Shown: positions 9,338 through 19,174, counted from the stretch's first letter. The stretch: DNA of 52,693 nucleotides from a virus (IMGVR_UViG_3300024332_000118:1-52693), one strand, 5' to 3'. The notes: generated by a model from the letters alone, not told the origin. Numbers and translations: made by a program.

Positions 9338-10010
9338 CAATTTTGAGAAGCATGACTATCCTTATCCTTATATGTTTACAGATAATTGTTTTTCAAAAGC
9401 AGACCTAGAAAATCTTATTAATGAATTTCCAGATGTTTCTAACGGAAACTTTGTTATGGGTGGTAGAAGACAGATGGATACTAAAGCATTGAGTAGCTGG
9501 CTAGAACAAGCCCCTACATGGAATAGATTTTATAGCTTTCTAAATACAAAAGATAGATTTGATAAAGTAACTGCTCAGTACGCAGACAGTCTGAAGAGGT
9601 GGGAATCCGTACTTACGCCGGAATCAGGCCCAGAGTCAGACAGTTTTTTACATATTGATTGGTCTGAAGCAGGAGATGGTTACACTAGAGAAATACACAG
9701 AGATACTGACCCTAGAATATGGAACTTTATTATTTTCTTTAATGATAAGGATTGGGAAGGTGGGGATTTTGTTATACATAGTTCTGATGCTCTAAGAATA
9801 TATCCTAGACAAATATTTGGTAGTAGTCTACCAGTTGAACGAGTAGTAGAAGCAAGGAAGAATACTGCTGTATTTTTCTTATCTACTCCAAACTCATATC
9901 ATTCTGTGTCCAAGCAGTCTAATACCAAGACTCCTAGAAAGTTTATTTATGGTGCGTATACCATGAAGAACGAAAGAGATGTTTTCCGAAAAAGATACAA
10001 TATGTCATGA
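9315..10010 (+). CDS. 2OG-Fe(II) oxygenase
   Basis: HRD ... WEGG ... SYHSV ... RK facial-triad pattern. Confidence 0.85.
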   Translation: MSDIINFDNFEKHDYPYPYMFTDNCFSKADLENLINEFPDVSNGNFVMGGRRQMDTKALSSWLEQAPTWNRFYSFLNTKDRFDKVTAQYADSLKRWESVLTPESGPESDSFLHIDWSEAGDGYTREIHRDTDPRIWNFIIFFNDKDWEGGDFVIHSSDALRIYPRQIFGSSLPVERVVEARKNTAVFFLSTPNSYHSVSKQSNTKTPRKFIYGAYTMKNERDVFRKRYNMS

Positions 10011-10402
10011 CAACAATAACAGACTACAACCATCTGCAAAAAACAGAAAACTCCAAACAACTAGCTATTGATTTTGATGGAGTTATACATAAGAACTCAA
10101 AGGGTTTTTACGATGGGACTATTTATGATGAACCAATAGAGGGGTCTATACAAGCGGTAAAAGAGTTAGCTGAAAAGTATGACATAGTTATCTTTACGGC
10201 AAAAGCGAAACCAGACAGACCTTTAGTGGATGGAAAAACAGGAAAAGAATTAGTAGCAGATTGGCTTGACAAGCATGGTTTATCTGCTTATATAAAAGAG
10301 ATAACTAGTGAAAAACCCAGAGCCGTTGCGTACATCGACGACAAGGCTATCCAATTTACCTCATGGCAACAAACTATAGGAATTTTAAATGAGCAGCAAT
10401 AA
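10007..10402 (+). CDS. HAD-superfamily phosphatase
   Basis: AIDFDGVI, IFTA, KP, YIDDK. Confidence 0.85.
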   Translation: MTTITDYNHLQKTENSKQLAIDFDGVIHKNSKGFYDGTIYDEPIEGSIQAVKELAEKYDIVIFTAKAKPDRPLVDGKTGKELVADWLDKHGLSAYIKEITSEKPRAVAYIDDKAIQFTSWQQTIGILNEQQ

Positions 10403-11492
10403 ACTTAACTATCTAGCACCTATCAATAACTCAACTGGATATGGAATTACATCCACCAATATCCTAAAAGCACTAGACCACAAAGATTTATCTAGAAATA
10501 ATGTTACTGTATTCCCTTTGGGTAATATTGCTGTTGACAATGCCAAAGATCAACAATGGCTCAACAGTCTATTAGAAAAAACCAACAAAGGATGGGATAA
10601 AAAAGCACCATGCCTTAAAGTATGGCATCCTCATGATCTGGCCCTAAGTGTCGGCAGAGGTAAATACGGGGCTTTAGTATTTTTTGAATTAGATACTTTA
10701 AAACCTATGGAAAAAGTACACTGTAATCAAGTCGATGTGTTGTTTGTTGCAAGTAAGTGGGCCAAGAAGGTGGTAGAGGACAGTGGAGTAACTGTTCCGG
10801 TAGTAGTAGCCCCACTAGCTGTAGATACCAATGTGTTTAAAGACCATGAACACCCCAAGGTCTTAACAAAAGATACTTATAAGTTTCTTAATATTGGTAA
10901 ATGGGAGGTGAGAAAGGGTCATGACTTCTTATTAGAAGCATTTAATGAAGCCTTTGAAGTAGACGATGATGTAGAACTCATCATGGTCAATCAAAACCCT
11001 TTCTTAACCCAACAAGAAAATGCAATCTGGGCAAACATGTATCAAAATAGCAAGCTAGGAAAAGCTGGGAAGATTCAGTGTATTGGCAGGCTGCCAACTC
11101 ACATAGAACTAGCCAAGCTGATTAGAGACTGTGACTGTGGCTTCTTCCCTGCTAGAGCAGAAGGCTGGAATAATGAGATTTTGGAGGTCATGGCACTAAA
11201 TAAGCCTGTAATTACCACAAATTACTCAGCCCATACAGAATACTGCACAACAGATAATGCACATCTAATAGAGGTGACTAATCTGGTAATAGCAGAAGAT
11301 GGCAAATTCTTCAATGGTGAAGGAAAATGGGCAGATTTAGGGCAAGAGCAGAAAGATCAGGCTGTAGAACATCTTCGTAAGGTGTATAAAGATAATATCA
11401 AGACAAACCCCGCTGGGTTGTCAACAGCCAGTAAATATACATGGTCTAATACAGCTGAAATTATTAAAACGGAGATGTTTAAAGATGTCTGA
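10389..11492 (+). CDS. GT4 (GT-B) glycosyltransferase
   Basis: TGYG, IGKWEVRKG, EGWNNEILEVMA (E-x7-E). Confidence 0.88.
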   Translation: MSSNKLNYLAPINNSTGYGITSTNILKALDHKDLSRNNVTVFPLGNIAVDNAKDQQWLNSLLEKTNKGWDKKAPCLKVWHPHDLALSVGRGKYGALVFFELDTLKPMEKVHCNQVDVLFVASKWAKKVVEDSGVTVPVVVAPLAVDTNVFKDHEHPKVLTKDTYKFLNIGKWEVRKGHDFLLEAFNEAFEVDDDVELIMVNQNPFLTQQENAIWANMYQNSKLGKAGKIQCIGRLPTHIELAKLIRDCDCGFFPARAEGWNNEILEVMALNKPVITTNYSAHTEYCTTDNAHLIEVTNLVIAEDGKFFNGEGKWADLGQEQKDQAVEHLRKVYKDNIKTNPAGLSTASKYTWSNTAEIIKTEMFKDV

Positions 11493-11868
11493 ATCTGAAA
11501 AAGTAGCTAAAGATTTCCTAACTCGATTAATGTCTAGTCATGCCACTTTTGACGAAGAGTGGGGCGAGTGGGTAGAAGATATTGTTCTCGGAGAAGTATT
11601 TGACGAGGACGGAAAAAGTCTGGGTGCAGAATACCAAGGCAGAAAAGTACAACTTGGTAAACCTTTCCTGACTCCAGATGGGCCAAAGAAAAGAAGTGTT
11701 TATGTCAAGAACGATAAGGGCAATGTAGTCAAGGTTAATTTTGGCGATCCAAATATGAAGATCAAAAAGAATGACCCTGCTCGTAGAAAGTCATTTCGTG
11801 CCCGACATAATTGCAAGTCGCCCGGCCCACGACATAAAGCCCGATACTGGTCTTGCAAATTCTGGTAA
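11485..11868 (+). CDS. Conserved phage protein (DUF6321-like)
   Basis: VYVKNDKGNVVKVNFGD ... RRKSFRARHNC ... ARYWSC..W motif common in aquatic phages. Confidence 0.65.
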   Translation: MSESEKVAKDFLTRLMSSHATFDEEWGEWVEDIVLGEVFDEDGKSLGAEYQGRKVQLGKPFLTPDGPKKRSVYVKNDKGNVVKVNFGDPNMKIKKNDPARRKSFRARHNCKSPGPRHKARYWSCKFW

Positions 11869-11873
11869 AATAA

Positions 11874-12560
11874 ATGTCTCTAATAGATGATATACAAAAA
11901 GCATTAGCTGAGAAGTTGAATGATATAGATAGTCTGAAATATAGAACAGACTTAGAGTATCACCAGACTCCTTATGCAAATATGACCTTTCCAGAACTAG
12001 GTGGTATTGACCTTCTTAGTATTGTTCCAATACCTGCTAAAAATTCTAGTCCAGAGACCAGAAAAGAATTAGAGTATGTAGCAAAGGTGGCGAATAATAG
12101 AAGCATAGAAGATATTAAGCTAGTATATCTTGTAGATGAAGAACCTTTAGATCTTTTTGAAGTAGAGATAAAGAAAAGTAAACTAGATTTTCCTTATCAT
12201 AAATTTCAAACGATTTATAACCATGTAGTCACAGCACTTGTAGACCATGCTAAATTTTTCTATAATAGAGCAAGACCATTTCAACTCTCTCCATACTATA
12301 ATTTAGAAATAGATAGACTGATAACCAGTACTCATCACACACCTTCATATCCTAGCGGACATACGCTATACGGAGCTTTAGCAGGAGCAATTCTAACGGA
12401 AAAATACCCTGAAAAAAGAGCTACATTTGAGCAATTAGTGCAAAAAGTAGGCCATGCCCGTGTATTACAAGGTGTACACTATCCTTCAGATAACGATGCG
12501 TCCATTAAAATAATGAATAAAATTTACCCTAAACTGAGTGAGTATTATGAGCAACTATAA
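11874..12560 (+). CDS. PAP2-family acid phosphatase / vanadium haloperoxidase-like protein
   Basis: K-x6-RP (KFFYNRARP), PSYPSGH, ARVLQGVHYPSD. Confidence 0.88.
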   Translation: MSLIDDIQKALAEKLNDIDSLKYRTDLEYHQTPYANMTFPELGGIDLLSIVPIPAKNSSPETRKELEYVAKVANNRSIEDIKLVYLVDEEPLDLFEVEIKKSKLDFPYHKFQTIYNHVVTALVDHAKFFYNRARPFQLSPYYNLEIDRLITSTHHTPSYPSGHTLYGALAGAILTEKYPEKRATFEQLVQKVGHARVLQGVHYPSDNDASIKIMNKIYPKLSEYYEQL

Positions 12561-13032
12561 AAGAATATTATCGGTAGCACAGTCCAATCTTCCATCACAA
12601 GAAGAGAGTGTAGATTATCTACAAATTAACATAGAAGCCCTCGCGTCTATGGTAAGTTCCGCACAAAAGGTACTCGCCAGCGTAGAAGAAGAAAATGTAA
12701 AAAGCCACTTGACAGAAGCGTGGTTGCAGGGTAAAATAGCAGAAGCACATGAACAAATTGAAATCATTCATGATTTTGTAAAGTTCAATCGTGTAGAAGC
12801 CGAAGAAACTAATATCACACCAGCTAGTCTGTGGGAAAACATCAGAAAGAAAAAGCTGCGTGAAGGTAAAAACTATAAGCCTGCTAAACCGGGAGACAAA
12901 GCTAGACCAAATAAGGATGCTTGGGACAGAGCAAAGGGAGAACCATCTGATAAACAAAAGAAGGCTCTTGATAAAAACAAAGACGGTAAGATCACCAAGG
13001 AAGATTTTGAAATGCTACGAAAGAAGAAATAG
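12547..13032 (+). CDS. Hypothetical protein with C-terminal EF-hand-like motif
   Basis: DKNKDGKITKED loop; basic SLWENIRKKK segment. Confidence 0.6.
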   Translation: MSNYKRILSVAQSNLPSQEESVDYLQINIEALASMVSSAQKVLASVEEENVKSHLTEAWLQGKIAEAHEQIEIIHDFVKFNRVEAEETNITPASLWENIRKKKLREGKNYKPAKPGDKARPNKDAWDRAKGEPSDKQKKALDKNKDGKITKEDFEMLRKKK

Positions 13033-13077
13033 AGACAGTTTAGGATTTGATTTACAATTTAACTAAGGATTTTAATT

Positions 13078-13662
13078 ATGGACGACTTTAAGGATATGAT
13101 TGAGTATATTGATATGGCTAAAAAGACTATCCGGGCATTTTCTAATAAGATATGTCCGGGTATCTGCTCTCAGATGAGCAACAGCGAAGATGCTATTGCA
13201 GATATTGCTTATGCTATGATGTGTGCAGATTGGAAATATGATAAGAATAGAAAAGGCAAACATAGCAACAAGTCTAAGACTAGATACTCATATCGTAATC
13301 AGTGTGCTATCTGGGCTATTCAAACCTATATTAAGAGACACTTAAAAGGTAAGCCTTTGTACCTTAATAATATGTTAGATAAAGATGATGAAGTTAGTTT
13401 TTCTGATCTGATAGAAGACGAAAGTCAGAAAGAACCACTTGATAACGTAATACAAGCAGAAAAAACAGAACTAGAATCACAACTGGTACAAGATATTTTT
13501 GATTCTAATTTGTTAACAGAAAATCAAAAAGAAAAGCTAAAATTATATTATCTAGACGGACTTAGTCTAGCACAAATTGGTAAACAGTTTGGAGTTACTA
13601 GAGAAGCTATTAGACAAAACATTAAAAACTCTATAGGTAGAATACAGGAGAGTTTTGCATGA
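13078..13662 (+). CDS. Phage-encoded sigma70-family factor
   Basis: Region-4 HTH LSLAQIGKQFGVTREAIRQ; region-2-like RYSYRNQCAIWAI. Confidence 0.8.
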   Translation: MDDFKDMIEYIDMAKKTIRAFSNKICPGICSQMSNSEDAIADIAYAMMCADWKYDKNRKGKHSNKSKTRYSYRNQCAIWAIQTYIKRHLKGKPLYLNNMLDKDDEVSFSDLIEDESQKEPLDNVIQAEKTELESQLVQDIFDSNLLTENQKEKLKLYYLDGLSLAQIGKQFGVTREAIRQNIKNSIGRIQESFA

Positions 13663-14087
13663 AATTATATACTTTAGTGTGTGCGTTTACCGTGAACTAT
13701 AAGGCTGATCAACCTCTACTTCTGACCGTGAAAGACGAAGTTGATAAACTGCCATTGTTAGAAGCACATCATCCTACTAAATATCAGCATGAATTGTTTC
13801 ATCAATTAAAAACTTTATTCCTGCCTGACACTATCAAGATTAGTACAGATGTTACCTATAACTATATGGATGTTGCCAATCAATATGCTATAGATTATTG
13901 CAAAGAGACTTATGATATAGACGATGATAGTTTGATTGTTACCTATGGTGGAGTCATCAATCACTGGCCTACTCAAGATACTTTCCAATGGTCAAAATAT
14001 GGAAAGAAAGAACAGTTTCAAGGTTACTCTAGCAGCATGACTTTAAACCTACTACTAGACATGGTTATCTCCAGAGCAAATGTATGA
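13659..14087 (+). CDS. Hypothetical protein
   Basis: 142 aa ORF with ATGA overlaps at both ends. Confidence 0.6.
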   Translation: MKLYTLVCAFTVNYKADQPLLLTVKDEVDKLPLLEAHHPTKYQHELFHQLKTLFLPDTIKISTDVTYNYMDVANQYAIDYCKETYDIDDDSLIVTYGGVINHWPTQDTFQWSKYGKKEQFQGYSSSMTLNLLLDMVISRANV

Positions 14088-14719
14088 GTTACAGTTACAA
14101 CAACAACGATATACTTCAAGATATGCACAACTATGGTGCGTGTCTACAGTCAAGGGATATGTTCCTGCATAACATCTTCTCTTCTGATGACGAGAATCCC
14201 GGTGTGGAATATCGTATGGCTAATGTGTTCTTAAAAAATTTAAGAATGCTCGAAAGAAAAAACAACGATCCTATAATGATTCACATGAATAGTATCGGCG
14301 GCTCTTGGAATGATGGTATGGTTATATACGATGCTATACAAATGTCTAAATGCTATATTAGTATTATAGTTTATGGTCAGGCTGAAAGTATGAGTAGTAT
14401 TATCTTACAGGCAGCCGATGAGCGTTTGATGACTCAGAATAGTTATTTTATGTCTCACTACGGATCGTCTGCTAGTGAAGGCGATTACTTGAGTAGCATG
14501 AATTGGATGCAGTATGAAAAGCATATCTGCGATACTATGCTAGAAATATATGCTGGTAAATGTGTCAAGGGTAAATTTTTCAAAGAAAAATATGTTAGAC
14601 CTGATATTAAAAAAGTAAAAAACTTTCTATCTAAAAAGCTACAAGATGGAGATTGGTATATGAAAGCAGAAGAAGCTGTATATTACGGTTTTGCAGATAA
14701 GGTCGTTAAGTCTATCTAG
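14084..14719 (+). CDS. clpP: ClpP-family (S14) protease
   Basis: MNSIGG, IYD, AESM (Ser), MSH (His), DWYM.AEEAV.YG..D. Confidence 0.85.
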   Translation: MSYSYNNNDILQDMHNYGACLQSRDMFLHNIFSSDDENPGVEYRMANVFLKNLRMLERKNNDPIMIHMNSIGGSWNDGMVIYDAIQMSKCYISIIVYGQAESMSSIILQAADERLMTQNSYFMSHYGSSASEGDYLSSMNWMQYEKHICDTMLEIYAGKCVKGKFFKEKYVRPDIKKVKNFLSKKLQDGDWYMKAEEAVYYGFADKVVKSI

Positions 14720-14733
14720 GTGTAATTTATAGT

Positions 14734-15396
14734 ATGAAGATAGAATTTCAATATACTCAAGAGACTTCATCCAATCAAGAAGTCCTTGCGAAGCTACTAG
14801 AGATAAACAACTTTTCTTTTGTTAAAAAGTTTAGTACTATATTTCCATATATTAAATACTTAAAAAACAAATTACCAGAAGACTCCAATATTATACTGTC
14901 CTCTATTATTGATTATCCTTGTGGCGTATTACCTACAGACTCAAGACTAGACCTTATAAAACAGTCTATTTCAGATGGGGCTAAGTCTATAGAGGTTGTT
15001 ATGCCCTCATATCTTATCAACAATAGACAAAATGTTAAGATTAAAAAAGATATAGAAAAGTGTTATGAGTTGTGCAGCCAAAGTGGAGTTAGCTTGCATT
15101 ATATTTTGGAATACAGGCTATATAATTACTCTTGTTTATCTAGGCTTGTTAAATTTATAATGAATTTTGGCCTTAACGATATATACATTTCCACAGGGTA
15201 CAGAATTGACGAGATATACGACCATATAATAGCTATGGCTATGATTAGCAAGGAAAATGAAGGGGTCAGGGTCATACCCAACTGCAATATCTATACAGCA
15301 GAACACCTTGAAATACTGAGGTCTTCCAATTTGTCCCATTTTAGAGTTAATAGTGTGCCTACTTTGACTTTAATTAGAGAAAAATATCAGATTTAA
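14734..15396 (+). CDS. Degenerate deoxyribose-phosphate aldolase (DeoC-like TIM barrel)
   Basis: IIDYPCG, GAKSIEVV, YILE and ISTGY align with DeoC motifs, but the catalytic Lys is absent. Confidence 0.65.
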   Translation: MKIEFQYTQETSSNQEVLAKLLEINNFSFVKKFSTIFPYIKYLKNKLPEDSNIILSSIIDYPCGVLPTDSRLDLIKQSISDGAKSIEVVMPSYLINNRQNVKIKKDIEKCYELCSQSGVSLHYILEYRLYNYSCLSRLVKFIMNFGLNDIYISTGYRIDEIYDHIIAMAMISKENEGVRVIPNCNIYTAEHLEILRSSNLSHFRVNSVPTLTLIREKYQI

Positions 15397-15470
15397 ACAG
15401 GTTTTGGGGTAAAGGATGATAGTTCCTATAGCTATAGTAACCCGAACACATTAATTAATGGAGAATTAAA

Positions 15471-15995
15471 ATGGCAACTGAACAACAAGGCGGTGGTGCT
15501 GTAACATCATCTAGCACAGTGAACAATGGTGGAACAGCCATTAACGTAGGTACTTCAACTATTCTTGATAACAGAAATGTTGGTTCTTATACCAAGACTG
15601 TTTTTGCATCAACACCTATCGACAATGATAGTGCAGACAAGGCTCTTTCTGCTGGTACTTTTGCATTTGACAATCAAACTGGACTTATCATGAGAGTCAC
15701 CGATTCTCTTGCAACAGTATCCAACACTGTTTTGGTTTCTGCTGCTGATGATGTAGTCAATGCACGAAGCATTAATCAAGTTTCTGGTATTTATCAAACT
15801 AATGATACAAGTTCTAGAAGAGATGGTGCATGGAACGCATACAGCGGTGCATACATTCCAGCTTACACTGGTGGCCTAACTGACTTTGGCATCGACGAAG
15901 CTGCCAATCCTAGTCGTGGCACTCCCGGTGAACTGGCTTATCTAGATGGAAGTCCTAACCCAACTACTGATGAATATTCTTCTAAGAATACATAA
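15471..15995 (+). CDS. Probable virion structural protein
   Basis: Ser/Thr/Gly/Asn-rich, acidic; strong GGAG RBS; followed by a terminator. Confidence 0.55.
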   Translation: MATEQQGGGAVTSSSTVNNGGTAINVGTSTILDNRNVGSYTKTVFASTPIDNDSADKALSAGTFAFDNQTGLIMRVTDSLATVSNTVLVSAADDVVNARSINQVSGIYQTNDTSSRRDGAWNAYSGAYIPAYTGGLTDFGIDEAANPSRGTPGELAYLDGSPNPTTDEYSSKNT

Positions 15996-16025
15996 TTAGT
16001 AGATTAGGTGTAATTAACTAGTGAG

Positions 16026-16062
16026 AGCCAGAGGTGTGCAGGCATCTCTGGCTTTTATTTTT
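16026..16062 (+). terminator. Rho-independent terminator
   Basis: AGCCAGAGGTGT-GCAG-GCATCTCTGGCT 12 bp stem (two G-U pairs) followed by a T-rich tract. Confidence 0.75.
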
Positions 16063-16095
16063 CAATGCCAACATTAGAAACCATTGGAGTATCAA

Positions 16096-16437
16096 ATGTC
16101 AGACCCCTCAGATCCAAATACGCTGGGACATTTTTTTCAAAACTTTACTACGTCTATGCTTAGTATTGTTATTGCCTTAATAGGTTTTTGGACGACCTTT
16201 ATACGAAATCTCATGACAAGAAAAGAGATTGAGGAAATGATTAAGACTACAGGCGAAAGCAGTCAGTATGCTAAGGATCGTCAGTTTATTTTTGAGCGTT
16301 TAAACACCAACAAAGAAATGCAAGACACGTTTGCTAGTGCTCTTGTTAAAAATGGTGAGATTATGAATGAACTGAGAATCCAAATGGCAACTTTAACCAA
16401 AACTTTAGAAAACATCGAAAACAGATTTGAACAATAA
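16096..16437 (+). CDS. Single-TM coiled-coil membrane protein (holin-like)
   Basis: One hydrophobic helix (MLSIVIALIGFWTTFI) then a heptad-like C-terminus. Confidence 0.55.
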   Translation: MSDPSDPNTLGHFFQNFTTSMLSIVIALIGFWTTFIRNLMTRKEIEEMIKTTGESSQYAKDRQFIFERLNTNKEMQDTFASALVKNGEIMNELRIQMATLTKTLENIENRFEQ

Positions 16438-16454
16438 TACAGAAAGGTAAAGCC

Positions 16455-17726
16455 ATGCCATACGAATATGGTGTCGTAAAAATTAAACTAAGAAGAGATA
16501 CTGCGGCAAATCTCTCCAGTGTAGTTCTTGCAAGTGGCGAGCCAGCATTTGCAACGGATACTTATACTTTAAAAATCGGTAATGGGTCGTCTGCTTTTGC
16601 TGCCCTTTCCGCAATCGGTGGAACTGGTGGTGGCGGTGGCGGTGGTGGCGGTTCAAGCACATTTCTTGGACTTAGCGATAGCCCTAGTGCTTTTACCTCG
16701 TCAGCAAACAAACTTCTTGCAGTTAATAGTAGTGCTAATGCTATCACTTTTATAGACAATAGTGGTGCTACATCTTTGCAGAGTGGTGACAACATAAGTC
16801 TGCTAAATAATGATTCTGGCTTTACTAGTAATGCTGGTGATATTACTGCCGTAACAGCTGGAACTGGTTTAACTGGAGGTGGCAGTACAGGTTCTATTAC
16901 TATTAATATAGATAATACCGTTGTACAAAGCGGAGATAGTATAACAGTACTAGATAATAACAATACCTATGTCCCTGCGGCTACTCATGCTGGTTTTAAT
17001 CAGTATGATATTGCTTATTGGAGCAATGCTTCTGCTACCACATTAGCTTCTTCTTTAGGTACTAGATTTGTTATCTATCAAGGTAAAATGGGTGTTGGTA
17101 AATCAAATCCAGCATATCAACTAGATGTTGCTAGTACTGGTAATTTTGATGGCCCTGTGTTGGCTGAAAGTTTTGTTAAAGAAAGCGGAACATCTTCTCA
17201 ATTTTTAAAGGCTGATGGTAGTGTTGACAGTTCAACTTATATTACAGGTGCTACAACAGAACTTAGTGATGATACTAGCCCAGTATTAGGTGGCAATTTG
17301 GATGTAGGTGGAAATGATATTATCAGTAGTTCTAACGGTAATATTGATTTCAACCCAAATGGTAATGGTCAAGTTGTATTTAAAGGCAACCCCGCTGGTA
17401 ATGGTGCTGGACAGTTTGTTTTGAATTGTGAATTTAACAGTCACGGAATAGTTATTAAAGGCCCACCTCATAGTGCTGGTGCAGATTACACTTTAACTCT
17501 TCCTGATGATGTTGGTACTGCTGATCAAAACTTAACAACTGATGGTAGCGGTAATTTAAGCTGGACAACTCCTAGTGGTGGCGGTGGCGGCGGCGGTGGT
17601 ATTGCTAGTGATACTGGAACTGCTGGTGGCGGCTCTGCTATTGCAAATATGGTAACAATCGGTGCTGCTGCTTATAGTGGACTAACTCCTAATGCTGGAA
17701 CTTTATATTTTATAACAGGAGCATAA
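16455..17726 (+). CDS. Tail fibre-like protein
   Basis: N-terminal KIKLRRDTAAN...GEPAFATDT..LKIGNG (Mtd_N/hyaluronidase-type anchor), GDITAVTAGTGLTGGG, YTLTLP..G...Q.L.TDGSGNLSW fibre modules, poly-Gly linkers. Confidence 0.8.
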   Translation: MPYEYGVVKIKLRRDTAANLSSVVLASGEPAFATDTYTLKIGNGSSAFAALSAIGGTGGGGGGGGGSSTFLGLSDSPSAFTSSANKLLAVNSSANAITFIDNSGATSLQSGDNISLLNNDSGFTSNAGDITAVTAGTGLTGGGSTGSITINIDNTVVQSGDSITVLDNNNTYVPAATHAGFNQYDIAYWSNASATTLASSLGTRFVIYQGKMGVGKSNPAYQLDVASTGNFDGPVLAESFVKESGTSSQFLKADGSVDSSTYITGATTELSDDTSPVLGGNLDVGGNDIISSSNGNIDFNPNGNGQVVFKGNPAGNGAGQFVLNCEFNSHGIVIKGPPHSAGADYTLTLPDDVGTADQNLTTDGSGNLSWTTPSGGGGGGGGIASDTGTAGGGSAIANMVTIGAAAYSGLTPNAGTLYFITGA

Positions 17727-17727
17727 T

Positions 17728-18789
17728 GTGTCTGAAGCTAATAAAAAACTGTATGATAAAATTATAAACTCTGTTGATTTATCTATAGACAATATTCCTG
17801 AAGCTGGTTTTGCGTTAGGATATCCTTACTTCGGTGGCAATAAAACTACTTTATTGAAACACGGAGGTAATGATGTTACTAGGGTTAAAAGGTGTGAAGA
17901 TACAATATTTGTCCCCGGTCAGGGTGAATTTGAAGCTACTGTTTTAATCATCGGTGGTGGTGGAGGCGGTGGCACTGGAATTGGAGGAGGCGGTGGTGGT
18001 GCTGGTGGACACAGGGCATTTACAAAGAAATTTTATACTAGTATAGCCTACCCCGTAACTGTTGGTGCTGGTGGTTCTGCTTCATCTGATGGAAGTGATT
18101 CTTCTATAGAAAAAATAGCAACTGGTGGTGGTGCTGGTGGTAGCCAAGCTGATGGCAACGGAAATGATGGAGGTTCTGGAGGCGGTGGAGGAGGCAACTT
18201 TTCAAGAGTGTCTGGTTCTTCTACAGTTTCTCCTAGATGTAATGGATCATCACAAGGTAATGATGGAGGCACTGGAGGCAATCCATTTGCTCAGAGTGCA
18301 GGCGGCGGTGGTTCTGCTGCTGCTGGTCAAGACGGTTCTTATGGAGGTAGTACAGACGGAGCAGGAGGTAACGGAACAGCTAGTACAATTACTGGCTCTA
18401 GCGTGACAAGAGCAGGAGGTGGAGGCGGTGGATGTACTTCCGCTGGCTTCGGCCAGCCTGCTCGGCCCGGTGCTGGAGGGTCTGGTGGAGGCGGCGATGG
18501 CGGCTCTGGAAATCAATCTAATGACGCTTCTGGTGCTGCTGGAAGTAATGGTTCAGCTAGCACAGGTAGCGGTGGTGGAGGTGGAGCATATTATAAAGCC
18601 TCTCCTAGTGGAAGTAATGTAAGTGGTACTGGTGGTAATGGTGGTTCTGGAATTGTCATTATTAAAATCCCCGATACATACACTGTAACAATAGGTTCTG
18701 GTTTAACAAGATCAATAACAACTTCTGGCGGATTCAGGATTATTCAATTTACCGCTGGTACAGATACAATAACTTTTTCATTAGCATAG
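17728..18789 (+). CDS. Glycine-rich virion/tail-associated protein
   Basis: IIGGGGGGG...GGGGAGG...GGSGIVII repeats typical of aquatic phage glycine-rich domains. Confidence 0.75.
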   Translation: MSEANKKLYDKIINSVDLSIDNIPEAGFALGYPYFGGNKTTLLKHGGNDVTRVKRCEDTIFVPGQGEFEATVLIIGGGGGGGTGIGGGGGGAGGHRAFTKKFYTSIAYPVTVGAGGSASSDGSDSSIEKIATGGGAGGSQADGNGNDGGSGGGGGGNFSRVSGSSTVSPRCNGSSQGNDGGTGGNPFAQSAGGGGSAAAGQDGSYGGSTDGAGGNGTASTITGSSVTRAGGGGGGCTSAGFGQPARPGAGGSGGGGDGGSGNQSNDASGAAGSNGSASTGSGGGGGAYYKASPSGSNVSGTGGNGGSGIVIIKIPDTYTVTIGSGLTRSITTSGGFRIIQFTAGTDTITFSLA

Positions 18790-18798
18790 GAATATAAC

Positions 18799-19164
18799 AT
18801 GGCACATTACGCTTTTCTAGATGAAAACAATATAGTAATAAATGTAATAGTTGGCAAAGATGAAGGAGAGACTGATTGGGAAGCATACTACGCTGATAAA
18901 ACAGGTCAAACCTGCAAAAGGACATCCTACAATACTCATGCTGGAGAACACAGACTAGGTGGAACTCCTTTTAGAAAAAATTATGCAGGAATAGGTTATA
19001 TTTACGACCCTGCAAGAGATGCCTTTTTGCCTCCTCCTCCCTATAATAGTTGGGTAGTAAATGAAGATACTTGTCAATGGGTTGCACCAGAACCACAGCC
19101 AAATGATGGTCAGGTGTATATATGGGATGAAGACACTATAAGCTGGAAATTAGCAACACAATAA
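18799..19164 (+). CDS. Conserved tail-fibre-associated phage protein
   Basis: MAHYA.LDENN.V..VIV ... TSYN ... FRKNYAGIGY.YD ... Y.WDE motif, usually found next to glycine-rich genes. Confidence 0.7.
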   Translation: MAHYAFLDENNIVINVIVGKDEGETDWEAYYADKTGQTCKRTSYNTHAGEHRLGGTPFRKNYAGIGYIYDPARDAFLPPPPYNSWVVNEDTCQWVAPEPQPNDGQVYIWDEDTISWKLATQ

Positions 19165-19174
19165 GGAATAGATT

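Noticed and set aside
16616-18660. GGT/GGC/GGA tandem runs
   Set aside because: These are poly-glycine coding repeats, not CRISPR arrays or satellites; there is no repeat-spacer structure.
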